Below the pieces are notes generated by a model. It did not search any database. It was given only the letters and a program-made list of their open reading frames with translations, and had not been told where the DNA came from. The position numbers and the translations under genes are program-made. Below are positions 38,160-51,080 of a stretch of 64,000 nt of DNA, one piece after another; the stretch's first letter is position 1, and every line of letters starts with the position of its first letter. This DNA is from Callorhinchus milii (Eukaryota). Location: positions 45,386,001 through 45,450,000 of the forward strand of contig NW_024704743.1 of the NCBI RefSeq assembly GCF_018977255.1, in the 5' to 3' direction.

Positions 38160-39062
38160 AATGTCAAAATGTCCCAAAGCTTTTCACAGGTAATTGCTGT
38201 CAAGTGCAGTGACTGCATTTCTAGCCAAAATTAGCAACCATTTTGCACATAGCAAAGTTCCCCAAACAGCCATGAAGTGAATGACTAATTTTATCTGGAG
38301 GATTGTTTGCCAGGACCCCAGGAGAAACTCCATTTTCTTTTGGAATAATCATAGGTTCTTTAACTTTCACCTGAATGGGCAGACCTGAATTGGTTAAACA
38401 TCTGAAGGATGACACTTCTTTCAATGCAGTGCACCCTCAGGACTGCTCTAGAATGTCAGGTCAGACTGCAAATACAAGTCCTGATGCTATGCCTTCGAAC
38501 CATAACCTTTAGACCCAGAAGGAAGAGTGTTTAAAGTCTACAGTCTTCCTCCTCCTGACCTCTGCGACATACTAAACCTTTGCCAACCGGTCTACTCCCT
38601 CCGCTCAGCAAGCACTCACCTGCTCCATATTCCCCGTCCTGCCCTCTCCACCATCGGAGGTTGGACTTCAGACATTACGCCCCACCCTCTGGAACTCCAT
38701 CCTGGGACGTCCTCCCTTGCCTCCTTCAAGGCCCGTATCAAGACTTTCCTCTTCAATTGTGTCTTTGATCATCTTCCCACCCCCATCCCCCTTGCTCTCC
38801 ACCCCTCTTGATTCCAACCCTCAGCTCAGGCGCAAACCCTTCACTTCCAGCACCTGAGTTGGGGGTTGGAATCAAGAAGGCTGAAAATGAAGGGGGGTGG
38901 AGGTGAGAAGATGACTGAAGGCATCGAAGTGGGGTAGAGGTAGAAGGAGGTAGAGGTTAGTAGGTTGCAGAGGTAGGGAGGAGCAAGACCTTGGAGAGCT
39001 CTGAAAAGCGCTATATAAATGTAACTTTATTGTTGTTGTTACCAATTGAGCCAAACTGATAT
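38160..39062 (-). mobile_element. Old DeuSINE-type SINE (family C) whose head is interrupted by an L2 fragment
   Basis: Body ends ...cccagaaggaagagtgt at 38530 and resumes taccaattgagccaaactgata at ~39040. Confidence 0.75.
38531..39040 (+). mobile_element. L2 3' fragment containing an internal inverted L2 segment
   Basis: Sense L2 38531-38852, antisense L2 ~38853-38996, sense tail aaaagcgctatataaatgtaacttta(ttg)n. Confidence 0.78.
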
Positions 39063-39489
39063 CTATAGGTTTGAAAACCGCTCCTGAGGAAAGCAGGAAT
39101 CAGTTTACCTTACAAGACTTTATGATGAGGTGCCAGTAGTTCTATCAGGAGCATTTTCTCAACCCCAATGAATGAGATTCTGTTGGTAAAGGTGACTTGT
39201 TTACTAAAATAATTCATAAACCTGAAACCCTCGATTCAAATACAGTATCATCTGTATCATTTGTTATAAATAAATTCATGATCCATACACAGACTGTAAA
39301 GCTCATAACAATACGTCGAGAACTTAAATGTCACTGAAATTGTGCATCATCTTATTTTGTACAACCTGGATTTCCAACTTAATTGCTCTTCATTAAATAA
39401 TGTTCGTTTTGATTAATAGTCACATCAGTACATAATATCTGAAAGAACCAATCTGTAGAAAAATTTCTTAGGAGCATCGATCGCAAGAA

Positions 39490-40376
39490 ACAACAACAAC
39501 AAGATTCCATTTATAGAGCGCCTTTCACGTTGGGAGGACGTCCCAAGGCACTGTACAGTTGGGTCAGGACCCGAGCAGGGGGGAAATGGTCAGGGTGAGG
39601 GGAGGGAAGGGAGGGAGCGAGGAGGGGGTAGAGAGTCGAGAGGGGAGCTGAAGGCACAGTCAAAGAGAAAGGTCTTGAGACCGGCCTTGAAGGAGGAAAG
39701 GGAGGAGGGAAGGCGAAGGCACTGGGGGATGGAGTTCCAGAGCCTAGGGGCTGAGAGGCTGAAGGCCCGGCCACCGATGGTAGGGCGGTTGGGGCGGGGG
39801 ACGTGGAGCAGACCGGAGCCAGAGGAACGGAGGGTACGGGCAGGTAGGTAGGGGGATAGTAGGTCAGAGAGGTAGGAGGGAGCAAGGCCATGAATGGCCT
39901 TGTAGGTGAGGATGAGGATCTTGAATTCGATCCTCTGGGGGATGGGGAGCCAGTGGAGGCGAGCGAGGGTGGGAGTGATGTGGTCCCGAAGCCTGGTGCG
40001 GGACAGTACACGAGCTGCAGAGTTCTGAATGATCTGCAGTGTGGAGGGAGGTGCCGGGAAGGCCGGCGAGGAGAGAGTTCCCATAGTCCAGCCTTGAGGT
40101 GATAAAGGCGTGGACCAGAGTTTCAGCAGCGTGAGGGGTGAGTTAGTGCCTTAATCTGGCGATATTCCGGAGGTGATGGAAGGCGGTGCCAGTTGTGGAG
40201 CGGATATGAGGGAGAAAGGACAGTTCAGTGTCGAACAGAACCCCGAGGTTCCTGACGGCTTTGAGAGGTGGAGAGTGCAGCCTTGGATGCTGATGCTGTC
40301 AGCGCCTGAGGTGCGGAGGCGCTGACGTGAGACAATCAGGAGGGCCTCAGTTTTACGCACTTCGAGCTGAAGAAAG
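39490..40376 (-). mobile_element. Young L2 LINE 3' fragment (~890 bp)
   Basis: [60 protein letters not shown]; CpG-rich (little decay); (ttg)n tail. Confidence 0.94.
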
Positions 40377-40624
40377 TGAGTATTTTAGTTCATAAATCAT
40401 GAACAATTTATAATTTTCTATACAATCATTAATACTGTGTATTATGGAGTAGTATTATATAATTAGCACAACAAATCTGTTACGAATTGTTGTAAAATTT
40501 TACACCAGTTCTTCTTTTTGGATTTATATACACTGTATATTTTGCATGTTACTATTTTGCTTCTTTATGTCAAGCATTCAAGATAATGCGAGCTGCAAAA
40601 TGGCACCTGGAATGGCCTGCAAAG

Positions 40625-40784
40625 CCATTTTGTCTTAAAATTTCAGTTTGTGCAGGATTGTAGAAAATTCTTAAATTCAGCCTTAATTTGGAAGACAATT
40701 TTCTACAGTTCTTAAAAATTCCCAGCCTTCAAATTAGTCTGAATTGAAGAACTTCCAACAATTCTCAAAGTTTAAGGCTAAATG
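40625..40784. mobile_element. Palindromic MITE-like element, copy 1
   Basis: Long imperfect inverted arms aggattgtagaaaattcttaaattcagccttaatttggaag / cttcaaattagtctgaattgaagaacttccaacaattct; second copy at 60571-60730. Confidence 0.65.
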
Positions 40785-42255
40785 ATCTTACAGACTGAGG
40801 CTAAATGGAACTCCAAGCTTCTAGGTGGGAAGAAATTGGACATTAATCTGCAAATCGGCTTCCTTTATTTGAAAATGTGATTATTTCAATTTATATATAT
40901 ATATATTTTACACGAGTTAAAATTATAGAATTTATTGAAGTCAAGAAAACCTGGAATATTGCACTGAACCCCAATCTCCTCATCTGCTCTGTTAACAGGT
41001 CATTACTATTGCAGCCTAAAGTGTTATACAAGATGTTTATCATGCTTGTATAGAGGAGTGCACAATTGCTCACTTAGTGGCGGAAATTATGTTTTGCAGC
41101 CACTGACTGTGACTGGAAGTACAAATCATAACACTTTATTCACTGAGATTAAAGCATGTAAAAAGCAGCCCTGCAGTGGTTGCAGCATCTGCTGTTCTTA
41201 CACGGGTTTTCAGAGCGTTAATAGGGCAGCACTTTAATTAGCTTGTTGGAACATACTGTTCCTGACTATTCCAGGAACTGGGGTTGCCTGAAAGTCCCTT
41301 AGCACAATGATCGCACACCTTGGGGAGGAATTGCCTGTGTTTCCTTAATTATGGGAATCAAAGAAAATTTATAGAACAGAAGTCACTCTGAACATTACAA
41401 AATGATTGTTAACTAACCTGTAACACCAAAGGATCAATCTCTGTGGCACTCCACGTCTCACTATAAGTGGGCGCTGTTGCTATTAACAGCCTCTTTGCTG
41501 AGACAACTTAATGTGGAAAAAAATCACATTACAGCAAGCAGACTGTAGTTGCTCCATTCTTTAAGATCTTTTTACAGAACATCAGTTTAAACTACGGCTG
41601 TGTGTGGAAATATTTATAACATTGATTGCATACATTACAAATGTCTACAAAATACCACCAATTCAAATACCTCAACCTCAAATACCCAGACTTTTGCATG
41701 GCTGATGCCAAAGAGAAAATTGTTGATTGAAGGAAGGAATTATCTGTCAAACAGGAGACACAAGAAAGAGTTGCCACAAGGGGATTAGTCCATGGTACCA
41801 GACCATTAACCAAGCAGTGACAAGCAAATGGAGTCTTCCTTCAAGCTTTCAGCACATGGCATGTTAAAGCTTTGTGAAATATGAAGACAAATGCCATGTT
41901 CTCTGCTCTGTGAGCATTTTTAGAGTCTGACACAAAAGCTTACATACAACATAAAGTAAATATATGTGACAAGCTTGCTGGCAGAGGAACCTGTGCTCGC
42001 TGTAGCTTACCGTGGAGAACCATTCAGTCTACCTCTATGAATGTATAGACTTGGTACAAATTAATGAGTCGGCTGCAGTGTTAATATCATTTCACAGCGG
42101 AGGTGACATAGTGATAGGGACTTTGGTGTCTTGGCTCACCCTGAGATTCTGCTGTAAGGTTTGTTCAAACGTGGCCAAGGCACCTTCATTGGTGCTGACC
42201 ATTTAGTGCCAATTCTTATTACCTTAATGCTGGACACACACTTTATCCTGATGTT

Positions 42256-42626
42256 ATAAATAATAATAATAATCCTTGCATTTGATATAGTGTCTTATCA
42301 TGTCTTCGAGATGTCCCAAAATGCTTCACAGAATATATTGTAAAGTGAATTAACTGTATATTTTGTGGGCGATATGCAGCAGCCAATTGTGCACAGCAGT
42401 GTCCCACAAACAGTCGTGGATTGAAGTGACATTTGTTTTTTGTGAAGGAATTATTACTCCCGTAAAAGTGATTCACCGATTGACTAACTACCAGGTTCCT
42501 ACTTACTGCTAGGTAAACAGAGGCATTTGGAGTAAGGAAACTTTCCTAACAAAACTGCTGGGAATCAAACCCAGGTCTGTTGCTTGCGAGGCAAGTGCTC
42601 TTATCACTGAGCTACAGAACTCCACA
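42256..42626 (-). mobile_element. Long older SINE (family B), full length
   Basis: Head cactgagctacagaactccaca, long internal segment and tail present. Confidence 0.88.
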
Positions 42627-43299
42627 TGTGCTTATAAAGCACATTTTGCACCCATGAAGGCATATCTGAGTGTAGCGTTGGGTCCTTGTCATATTCTCTG
42701 ACTGACATGGTTATTGGGACACTCATAATAACACCACTGAGCTGCCCAATCAGATGGCAGCTCAACTAAAGCCAATATGGTGAAATTGTACTTGTTAATG
42801 AAATGAACGAGCCCCAGATGGCTTTAAACGTGCACCTAAAAGTCAATGTCAGCTGTGGAATGAGAATGCAAAGGATTTAATGGAGGGATGTGAAATGAAA
42901 TGACACTTTAGTGTAGTGTTGTGTGAGCTTGTTCAGCCAATGATGGGGAGGAGAAAAGACTTCTTCAGTGATGTGTCCAAAGAGGAGTAACATCTAGCAA
43001 TGCTCAGGAATGCATTCAACCATTCAGCTTTCAAGGCTTGTATAGATATGGCTAAAGCAATGTCTGATAACAGAAAGTCACTGAAACAGGTATTTGGAAA
43101 TATAGTCCAGGCTTTATTCAGTATGTCTGTGGAAGCGTTAGGTCACCAGCTGTGTGACACCATCAGGGAAAGGGTAAACTCCCTGGGCACCACACAGCAA
43201 TTCTCCATATCTAAAAGGTTAATGGACATGACTAGGATTCAAAAGTCTGAGTTCCAAAAGAGGTGTGTGACTGAATGCCAAATGAGCACTGGGAGTATT

Positions 43300-43755
43300 A
43301 GTTTATCTCTGTTAGTTGCAGTCTTATCTCTGGGTCAGAAGGTTGTGGATTCAAACTCACAACCACAACTTGAGATCATTATCTGCGCTTAACTTTACAT
43401 CAGTACTGGGTTGCGATGCATTGTTAGAGGTGCTGTCCTTCGGGTGAGATATTAAAACCGAATCTGCTTGTTAAAGATGTGGTTAAAGATCCCACGACAC
43501 TATTAAAAACAGGAGCAAGTTTCTTCCGGTGTTCTGACAAACAATTTTTCAAATAAAGCAGCCATTTGATCTATGGCTGTTTGTGGGACCCTAACTGATG
43601 CAATTGCCTACAAATGCACCATATATATATTTGGCGTCAATTACTGTTTTACCCACAAAACATACAGTCACTATACTTTACAGTATATTCTGTGAAGTGC
43701 TTTGAGACATCTAGAGGAATGATACAACTCTATATCAAATGCAAGGATTATTACT
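43300..43755 (+). mobile_element. Old DeuSINE-type SINE (family C)
   Basis: gtcagaaggttgtggattcaaac B box, Deu body, tail ctatatcaaatgcaaggattatta. Confidence 0.78.
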
Positions 43756-43802
43756 GCTTTAAGACATTTTGAAATTCTAGGTGCTAAATCACATTTTCTA
43801 TA

Positions 43803-43910
43803 TAACCCTTGCAGTTGATGTAGCACTTTATCATGTCGTTGAGATGTCTCAAAGAGCATCACAGAATATACTGTGAAGTGAATTGTCTGTATACTTTGTG
43901 GGTGAAAATT
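43803..43910 (-). mobile_element. SINE tail fragment, tail-to-tail with the preceding SINE
   Basis: ccttgcagttgatgtagcactttatcatgtcgttgagatgtctcaaagagc..acagaatatactg. Confidence 0.75.
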
Positions 43911-44896
43911 ATTATATATTAATTTGTTTACCAGTCTATGTGTTCAACCCCCGCCCACCACCATCCTGCCTCTGTCCCCATGTCTCCATCACAGTGGTTG
44001 GGCTTAAAGCAGTCTTCTGGAGGACCATTCACAAGCTTTGCTCTAATTTTGGTTGATTTAAGGCAGTATCCCATTAACTGGCAGTCCAGTGTGCTTCACG
44101 GCTGGCTTAGAGACCAGCCTTGGAAAAGAGTGGAGTGGGTGGGGAGTCAGAGGAGTCACATCCATGGACCAGTCCACAAATTAAGACTTCAACTGGGGAT
44201 ATTTTCTTATTGATTCTGTTTCTTATTACAGGTTGTAATTTTTATTATTGGGTAGCGATGCATTGTTAGAGGTGCTGTCCTTCGGGTGAGTTGGAGACAA
44301 TAGTTAAAAGTAATTCAGGAGTTGTTCTGCAAAACCAAAAACGGGTTGAAAGGATTGGACTTGATCACCTACTGTTTGCTACTTTTTAATTGTTTCTATT
44401 GCTCAGAAATAATGTTGTTGTCAGTAGCCCTGTCTCCAGCTAACTTTGAAACAAAGCAGGGCTGTGAAAAGTGTTTACTTTATTGAAGTGTCTCTAGAAA
44501 TAGTAATAAGGATCCTTGCATTTGATATAGCACCTTAGCACATCGTCAAAACAGATTCTAAAACAAAAGTCAAGTGAACTGACAAGCAATGGATGCTGAA
44601 ATGGAATGCAATGCAATAAAAGCCACACTGGTCAGAGACAGCGAGGAAGTACTTAAGCTGACTGACAAATTTGAAATGAAAATAAACAAAAATGTAAACC
44701 TGTCCATTGCTGTTGACAAGTAGCTCTCTTGTGGAAACTAAGAAGATAGCAAAACTGTTTTGTTGCATCCTCCCACTGATTGTCTGTGGGTAGAGATAGG
44801 AAGCTCAGCTCGCTGAAAGATTTGTGTACAGTGATTCCCTATGCATAATTAATTACAGAGCACCATCCCACCCCCTACATACTAGAACGATCATAG

Positions 44897-45272
44897 GATT
44901 TACTGTAAAGTACAGTCACTGTAATTTGGAGGTGAAGGCAACAGCGCATTTGTGCACAGCAATGTCCCACAAATAGCCATGAAGTGAATGATTAATTTTA
45001 TTTGGGGGATGGTTGGCCAGGCGACCAGGAGAAACTCCCTGACCTTTTTGAATAGTGCAATGGGATCTTTAACGTCCACATGACTAGGCAAAAGAGAAGT
45101 TGTTTTTATATCTCATCTGAAGGACAGCAGCTCCAACAATGCAGTGCACCCCCAGTGTGGCATTGGAATGTCTGCCTACACTATACGAATTCAAAGTCTC
45201 CGCAATAAACTTGAACCCACAGCCTTCTGCCTTATAGTTGACAATCCTACCTACTGAGCCAGGTTGACACAC
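44897..45272 (-). mobile_element. Old DeuSINE-type SINE (family C)
   Basis: Deu body plus head ttgaacccacagccttctg...actgagccaggttgacac. Confidence 0.82.
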
Positions 45273-47630
45273 AATATGGTATAACACACGATAGGAAGGT
45301 AAAATAAATACATTATTAATAACTGATGTTTCTGTATTAACAATTAACAATCTTTGCCTTGCAGCAATGTTTTTTATGAAGTGTGGCATTTCATGATTCA
45401 GCAACAAGATGCTAACTGTGCAGGGATTCCATGTGGCACACTGATACCATATAATTCAAGTCAACAATCCACAGGATATCATTTGATGCCTTAATCACAA
45501 ATGTATGACAAAGATATATTGTCAAAACAACAAATGTTTACGCTTGGTTTGAAAGTAAGAGAGAGAGAGACGGGAGATTTGGTAAAGACAAAAAGGGGAG
45601 AGAAATAAATAGAAGTGTTTGGATGGAAAAGATAAGGCTCCACCTCCTCTATCCAAATGTACTCACTCCAACCTTATAGGAGGCACAGAGAACAAGGCCC
45701 TTCATTCTTCCAAAATACTCACCCTACCTTCTTCGCATGTAAGAATCATGCTGCTTTTTAACATGTCCAATGTTCTGGCTTCCACCACCTCCCGGTAACC
45801 CATTCTAGCTGTTGATTACCATCTGTGTAAAGAAATACTTCCCAGTGTCTGTCCTGAATGTGCCACTCACAATCTTGAATCTGTCTCCCTTTTCCCTGCT
45901 GAATCCCCTTCAGATTATTTAAATCTATTTCTCTAGGTTTACTTTTTCCATTTTTTTGTCTTGAATAATAATAATAATAACAACAATCCTTATATTCGGT
46001 CGCCTTTCACGTCAGGAGGACGTCCCAAAGAGTTTCACGGGATATAGTGTAAAGTGCAGTGACTGTATGTGTTTTTCTATTTTGTGTTATATACCTCTGT
46101 ATCTAAGACATCTCTTTTCAAAGTTGAAGAGCCCGAGTGTTGCCCACGGTAATGATATTTTTCTTTTCCAGAGTACAACCCATTCAGCACATGATGATGT
46201 ATCATGCATTGTTTTAAATCCTTTTCTCTCCCCCCATGATAAAAGAAAGGAACGAAGGTCCACAGGCATACCTGGCAGATATAAACCTTCTGGCATATCA
46301 CTTACAAGAACAGCACAGGCTGTTACCAATGCAATGATTTTTAAGGCTGTAACTGGGGACAAGTAGAACAGCCGCATTTGTTATTGCTGTCAAGATCAAA
46401 CTCTGCTTGTGAAATCCCTAGTGGAGAGGGACAGTCCTGCAGGTGGACTGAATTCAATCAATGTCCATGAGAAGGACAGCTGCTGTGACTATCACAACAA
46501 ATGAAATTAAATGAAGGTGCGTGAGTGTGAGTACATGTGTGTGCTGGGGCGGGTTTGGGGGCGCAGACACCGAATACAATAGCTATGACTGAAGCAGTCT
46601 AACTAAGGCTTTGGGGTCCTGCACTAATCTGTACATTTCATACTGTGTCTCTGCGGACTCTGAGACAGTCTGCATTGAATATTAATATCTGTGCAAAGTT
46701 TAATTTCTTTCCTGCTGACTGATAGTCAATGTCTGGTTTTCTGTTTCTTACCAATTAGTGTAATGCGGATTTATGGGTGTATTTGTAAATTCTACCACCA
46801 CCAAAAGTACCACAAAGTGCAAAGTCTTCTTCAACTCCCTCCTTCCCCTCCCTGCCCCACCCTGACACACACATATTCTCTCTCCCCCATACAATGCCAG
46901 ACTTTCCTCCCCCTTTCCTTTCCTACAATCCATATCATCCCCATAGTCAATTCTTTTTTGGGGAAGATAGATTTAATGATAATTACAATCCTTGCATTTG
47001 TTATAGCACCTTATCATGTCATTGAGACATCTCAAAGTTCTTCACAGAATGTTCTGTAAATTGAATTGACTGTGTATTTTGTGGGCAAAACAAAATCTGG
47101 AAGGTAAGCAAAAAAGCAAAAGATTTGCTTCACTCACAAGAAGTTTTTTCATTACTAAAACAGATTTTTGAAGCAAACTACCATAAATTCAGAGATAAGG
47201 CACAACTGCTTCCAATAGAATATGTCTAAGCTATCAGTATGGATCTATTGAAGAGAGTAGAGTACATATATCCCTGCTGTGAAATGTGCTTCAGTCAGAT
47301 AAAGTATATGTTTTCCACGCCATTGTGAGCCAGTGACAGATAATGGGTAACCTGGTTAATTAATTTTTAAAATACGTGAATGGGGTGAAAAATCTGATAT
47401 TTCATAACAGAAAGCAAGCAGCAAAAGGCACAAAAAGCGGCACTAATGGAACCTGTCTGGTTCGCAAGACAGATAAAATAAGCTATTGCTTTGTGCAAAT
47501 TGGGTACAGTCACTACACTTTACAGTAAGTTCTGTAAAGCGCTTTCAGACATCCTCCAGACATGAAATATGCTATATGAAAAGTAAGCATTATTATTAAT
47601 ATTATTATTAAGCAAATGCTGGATGAGGGG

Positions 47631-47958
47631 AATAATAATATAATAATAATAATAATCCTTGCATTTGATATAGCGCTTTTCACGTCGGGAGGACGTCCCA
47701 AAGCGCTTCACAGAAAACACTGTAAAGTGAATTGACTGTATATTTGTGGGCGAACGCGGCAGCCAATTGCGCACAGCAATGTCCCACAAACAGTCGTAGA
47801 TTGAAAATGACCAATTTATTATTGTTTTTTGTTTTGGAGGGATTATTATTAGGCGTGTGGAGTAAGGAAACTTGCCCAAGGTTTCGCTCTGCCTGGAATT
47901 GAACTCAGGTCTCTCGCTTGCAAAGCGAGTGCTCTAACCACTGAGCTACAGGACTCCA
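47631..47958 (-). mobile_element. Young full-length SINE (family A)
   Basis: Near-identical reverse complement of family A. Confidence 0.94.
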
Positions 47959-47982
47959 TGGGAAGGTAAGCAATTGAATATA

Positions 47983-48360
47983 GTGGAGTACTGTAGCTTA
48001 GTGGTTAGACCACTCGCCTCGCAAACGAGAGGACCTGGGTTCGATTCATGGCAGGGCGGAAGATTAGGCAAGTTTCCTTACTCCACACACTTCTGTTTAC
48101 CTAGCAGTAAGTGGGAACCTGGTTGTTAGTCAAATGGCAGATCATTTTTCTGGGGGTAATAATTCCTTATAAAAAAAGATAATTTGGTCACTCAATTCAC
48201 GACTGTTTGTGGGGCACTGCTATGCACAATTGGCTGCTGACTTTCGCTCACAAAATATACAGTCAATTCACTTACAGTATATTCTGTGAAGTGCTTTGAG
48301 GCATCTCAAAGATGTGATGAGGCACTATATCAAAGGCAAGGATTATTCTTATTATTATTA
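47983..48360 (+). mobile_element. Long older SINE (family B), full length
   Basis: Head with CTCGC-CT-CGC-AA arm, B box gggttcgattc, long internal segment 48092-48156, tail. Confidence 0.9.
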
Positions 48361-50477
48361 TGTACTGGTGTTGAGAGGATTGTTTTTTGAGTCAGCCAGG
48401 TATGTAACACATGCGGAAACCCATCACTATGCTTAAGAGTATCCAAACCAAGCTGAGATTTCCATGCATCTCAACTACACATGGAAATCGTAGAGATGGA
48501 TTGTGGAATGGAATGAGCACTCTCCCTGGAAAATATTACGTGCAGGTTTACAAGAATCAAGGCTTGGGTACGCCAGAGTGTGTGTTGGGATACTGCTGGA
48601 GTCTAACCAGCTCAAATCAAATAACTTGCCATTGACGTTGCTTTCTGGCAAGCTTTCCTGCTGCTTGTCCAGCTAGGACCACCCTACCCTTTGGTTTGCA
48701 CGGTTAACAGTAGCTGAGTGGGCTGAATCCCTGCCCCCAGTGACTGGTTTGCCCTTCCAAATCCTGCTGATGAGCCAGGCTGGCTGTGCTGACATCAGCA
48801 GTGCCCTGGAATACTGCAGACCTGCCTGGTTCAGGAAATGGACTACTGAGACCACCACAGAGGGCTGGCTCGATTCTTATATACCGTTGGCAGACATGTC
48901 AGAGCCAGTTCAGCTCCAAGGAGACCTTGTTTACCATAGTGTTATGCCATGTGTTGAGAGGATAGGTTGTCAGGTAGATGGATTGAGTGGGAAAGAGGAA
49001 TTTCTGGGATTGAGTCAACAAAGTACAGTTATTGCTACACAGCTTATTTGCACTCAAAAGTCAAATAATAGAAATGGAGAGCAAAAACACCAAAATTTTT
49101 GGAAAAATTCAGTGAAATAATATTTACTCCAATAAAGAGCAAGGAAAAAGATCAAGACAGAATTCCCTCAATGACTTACTAGGTAAGGGCATCGCTCAGT
49201 AATGCACTGAACCTTACAGGTCAGAATCTTCAAGTTTGAATCTTGATTTGTGCTGTCTTTCTAGTCAATGCAGTAGTCGGGTGCTACAGTGAGCTCAGCA
49301 CTCCTTGGTTAGGCAGTAATCTGGAAGAAAAATCTGACCTTGATCTAGGAAATCTGTGTAGTTGAAGTGAAGCAGCCCCTTGAGGCTGGGCATCAGGTCT
49401 GAGCATGATGGTAAATTGCACTTCTCAATGTGGGACTTCATCTAAATACTGACACAGCTTGTGGAAAGATGGTGAAATTTGATGACTACATTTGCTTAGC
49501 AGAACACACACAGCAGGTTTACATTTGGATTTCATCTGTTTACCATATCTGTATAGATTGCACTAACGGTCCTTTAGATCAACTGGTTATCTACCTCATA
49601 GCTGTTTTTTATTTAATGGCACCTTGCTGGTGCAAATGGTTGCTACTTTTGCTGGAAAAACAATCACTGTCCTTGAGATTCACTAGTTTTGAAATGTTAT
49701 GGGATAAAGCATGATAAAGGGCTGTAAGAATACAAGTTCTCTAATATCCATTTTTAGTGGGGAAAATTCCACCTTCAGTTAATTTGTGGGGTAGATGCAT
49801 TTTCAGTGAGTGAGTAAATTATCCTCTTTTGCTTTGAGGACAGAAAGTTTGCTTTTGATTTATTTTAAAAATAAAATGAAATAAAGAAATCACCACACTA
49901 TATGTTAGTGAATTCTTTCACTTGTGTAGAAGACCATCACTTGACAGTGAATAAAAGATCTTTAGCAATGAACTGCAACTGGTGCAATGTCCTACATACA
50001 TTTCAGGTCTTGTGATGCTTAATTTTGTGTTGCACATTTGCTGTATTTTTTGAAGTTTGCAGGTTTTAACTTCACACAAGCTTTTCATATATATTGCTCT
50101 CTGATTTGTCCCAATCACTGTCCAGTACTATAGTACTTTCTGTCTCAATCCCTCCATCTTGCCCCTCTTTATGTATCTTTAAATCTTATGTCACTGTCAC
50201 TATGCAATACTATGAGATGTTTTCCTGTGTGAAGGCACTATATAAATATAAGTTGTTATTGTTCTAGTAGATTTTATGATATAGAAGCAATCATTTTCTG
50301 TAATTGTTTTTCTGTAATCCACCAAGAACACAATTTTCTATGAATACCACATAATATAAAACTCCTGGATGGGATCAGAGAAGTGGAGGCAGTACTTCAG
50401 TTTTAGGATTCAGAAGATTAATAATCTGCTCGAAATTTGCTCTTTGGTTAAAGGCATCAACTTAAACCTTCAATATG

Positions 50478-50738
50478 ATCATAGGAACTTAGGAACAGGA
50501 GTAGGCCATTCAGCCCCTCGAGCATGTTACACCATTCTTTTAGATCGTGGCTGATCTTTACCTCAACTCCAAATAACTGCCTTTGCCCCTTATCTTTTAA
50601 TACCCTAGCCTAATAAAAATCTATCCAACTCAGTCTTGAAAACTTTAATGGATCCAGCATCCACAGCCTTTTGAGGGAGAGAGTTCCAGATTTTTACTAC
50701 CCTTTGTGTGAAAAAAATGCTTCCTGATTTCACTCCAA
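50478..50738 (-). mobile_element. CR1 3' fragment (same family as 13484-14110)
   Basis: cataggaacttaggaacaggagtaggccattcagcccctcgagc...ggatccagcatccacagccttttg. Confidence 0.85.
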
Positions 50739-50904
50739 ATTAGATTGCTACATAAGAATCCAGAACCCAACCATCTCATATCCTGCATGATCTACAGTAG
50801 ATGCAGAAGAGGAAAATCTTCTGCATTGTACAGTTAAACGCTATCCCTGTATACAATGTCAAATCAACAAACACAGTTATACTTACTACAAGACAATCTT
50901 TTAG

Positions 50905-51080
50905 GATATCACAAGATTGGTTTGGGTTTGAATAAAGAAGGTCTTCAGCCCATCTGATCTCACCCTTCCAGAATACCCACTCTGCTGCCTTCCATCACAG
51001 CATCAAGCTGCTTTTTAACAGGCAGTGTCTTGGCCTTCACCACCCTCTCTGGCCACCTGTTCAAGTTGTTAGTTACCCTC
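50905..51080 (-). mobile_element. CR1-type 3' fragment
   Basis: tcacaagattggtttggg...cagcccatctgatctcacccttccagaa; reverse complement of the 36300-36383 type. Confidence 0.62.

Noticed and set aside
39511..40084. 164-166 aa ORFs as host genes
   Set aside because: C-terminal L2 ORF2 and its alternative frame in a 5'-truncated copy; not autonomous.
43000..43392. 130-aa ORF
   Set aside because: No recognisable motif; its 3' end runs into a SINE head; no convincing exon context.
48740..49120. 126-aa ORF
   Set aside because: GTG start, no recognisable domain or splice structure; adjacent to unclassified repeat sequence.
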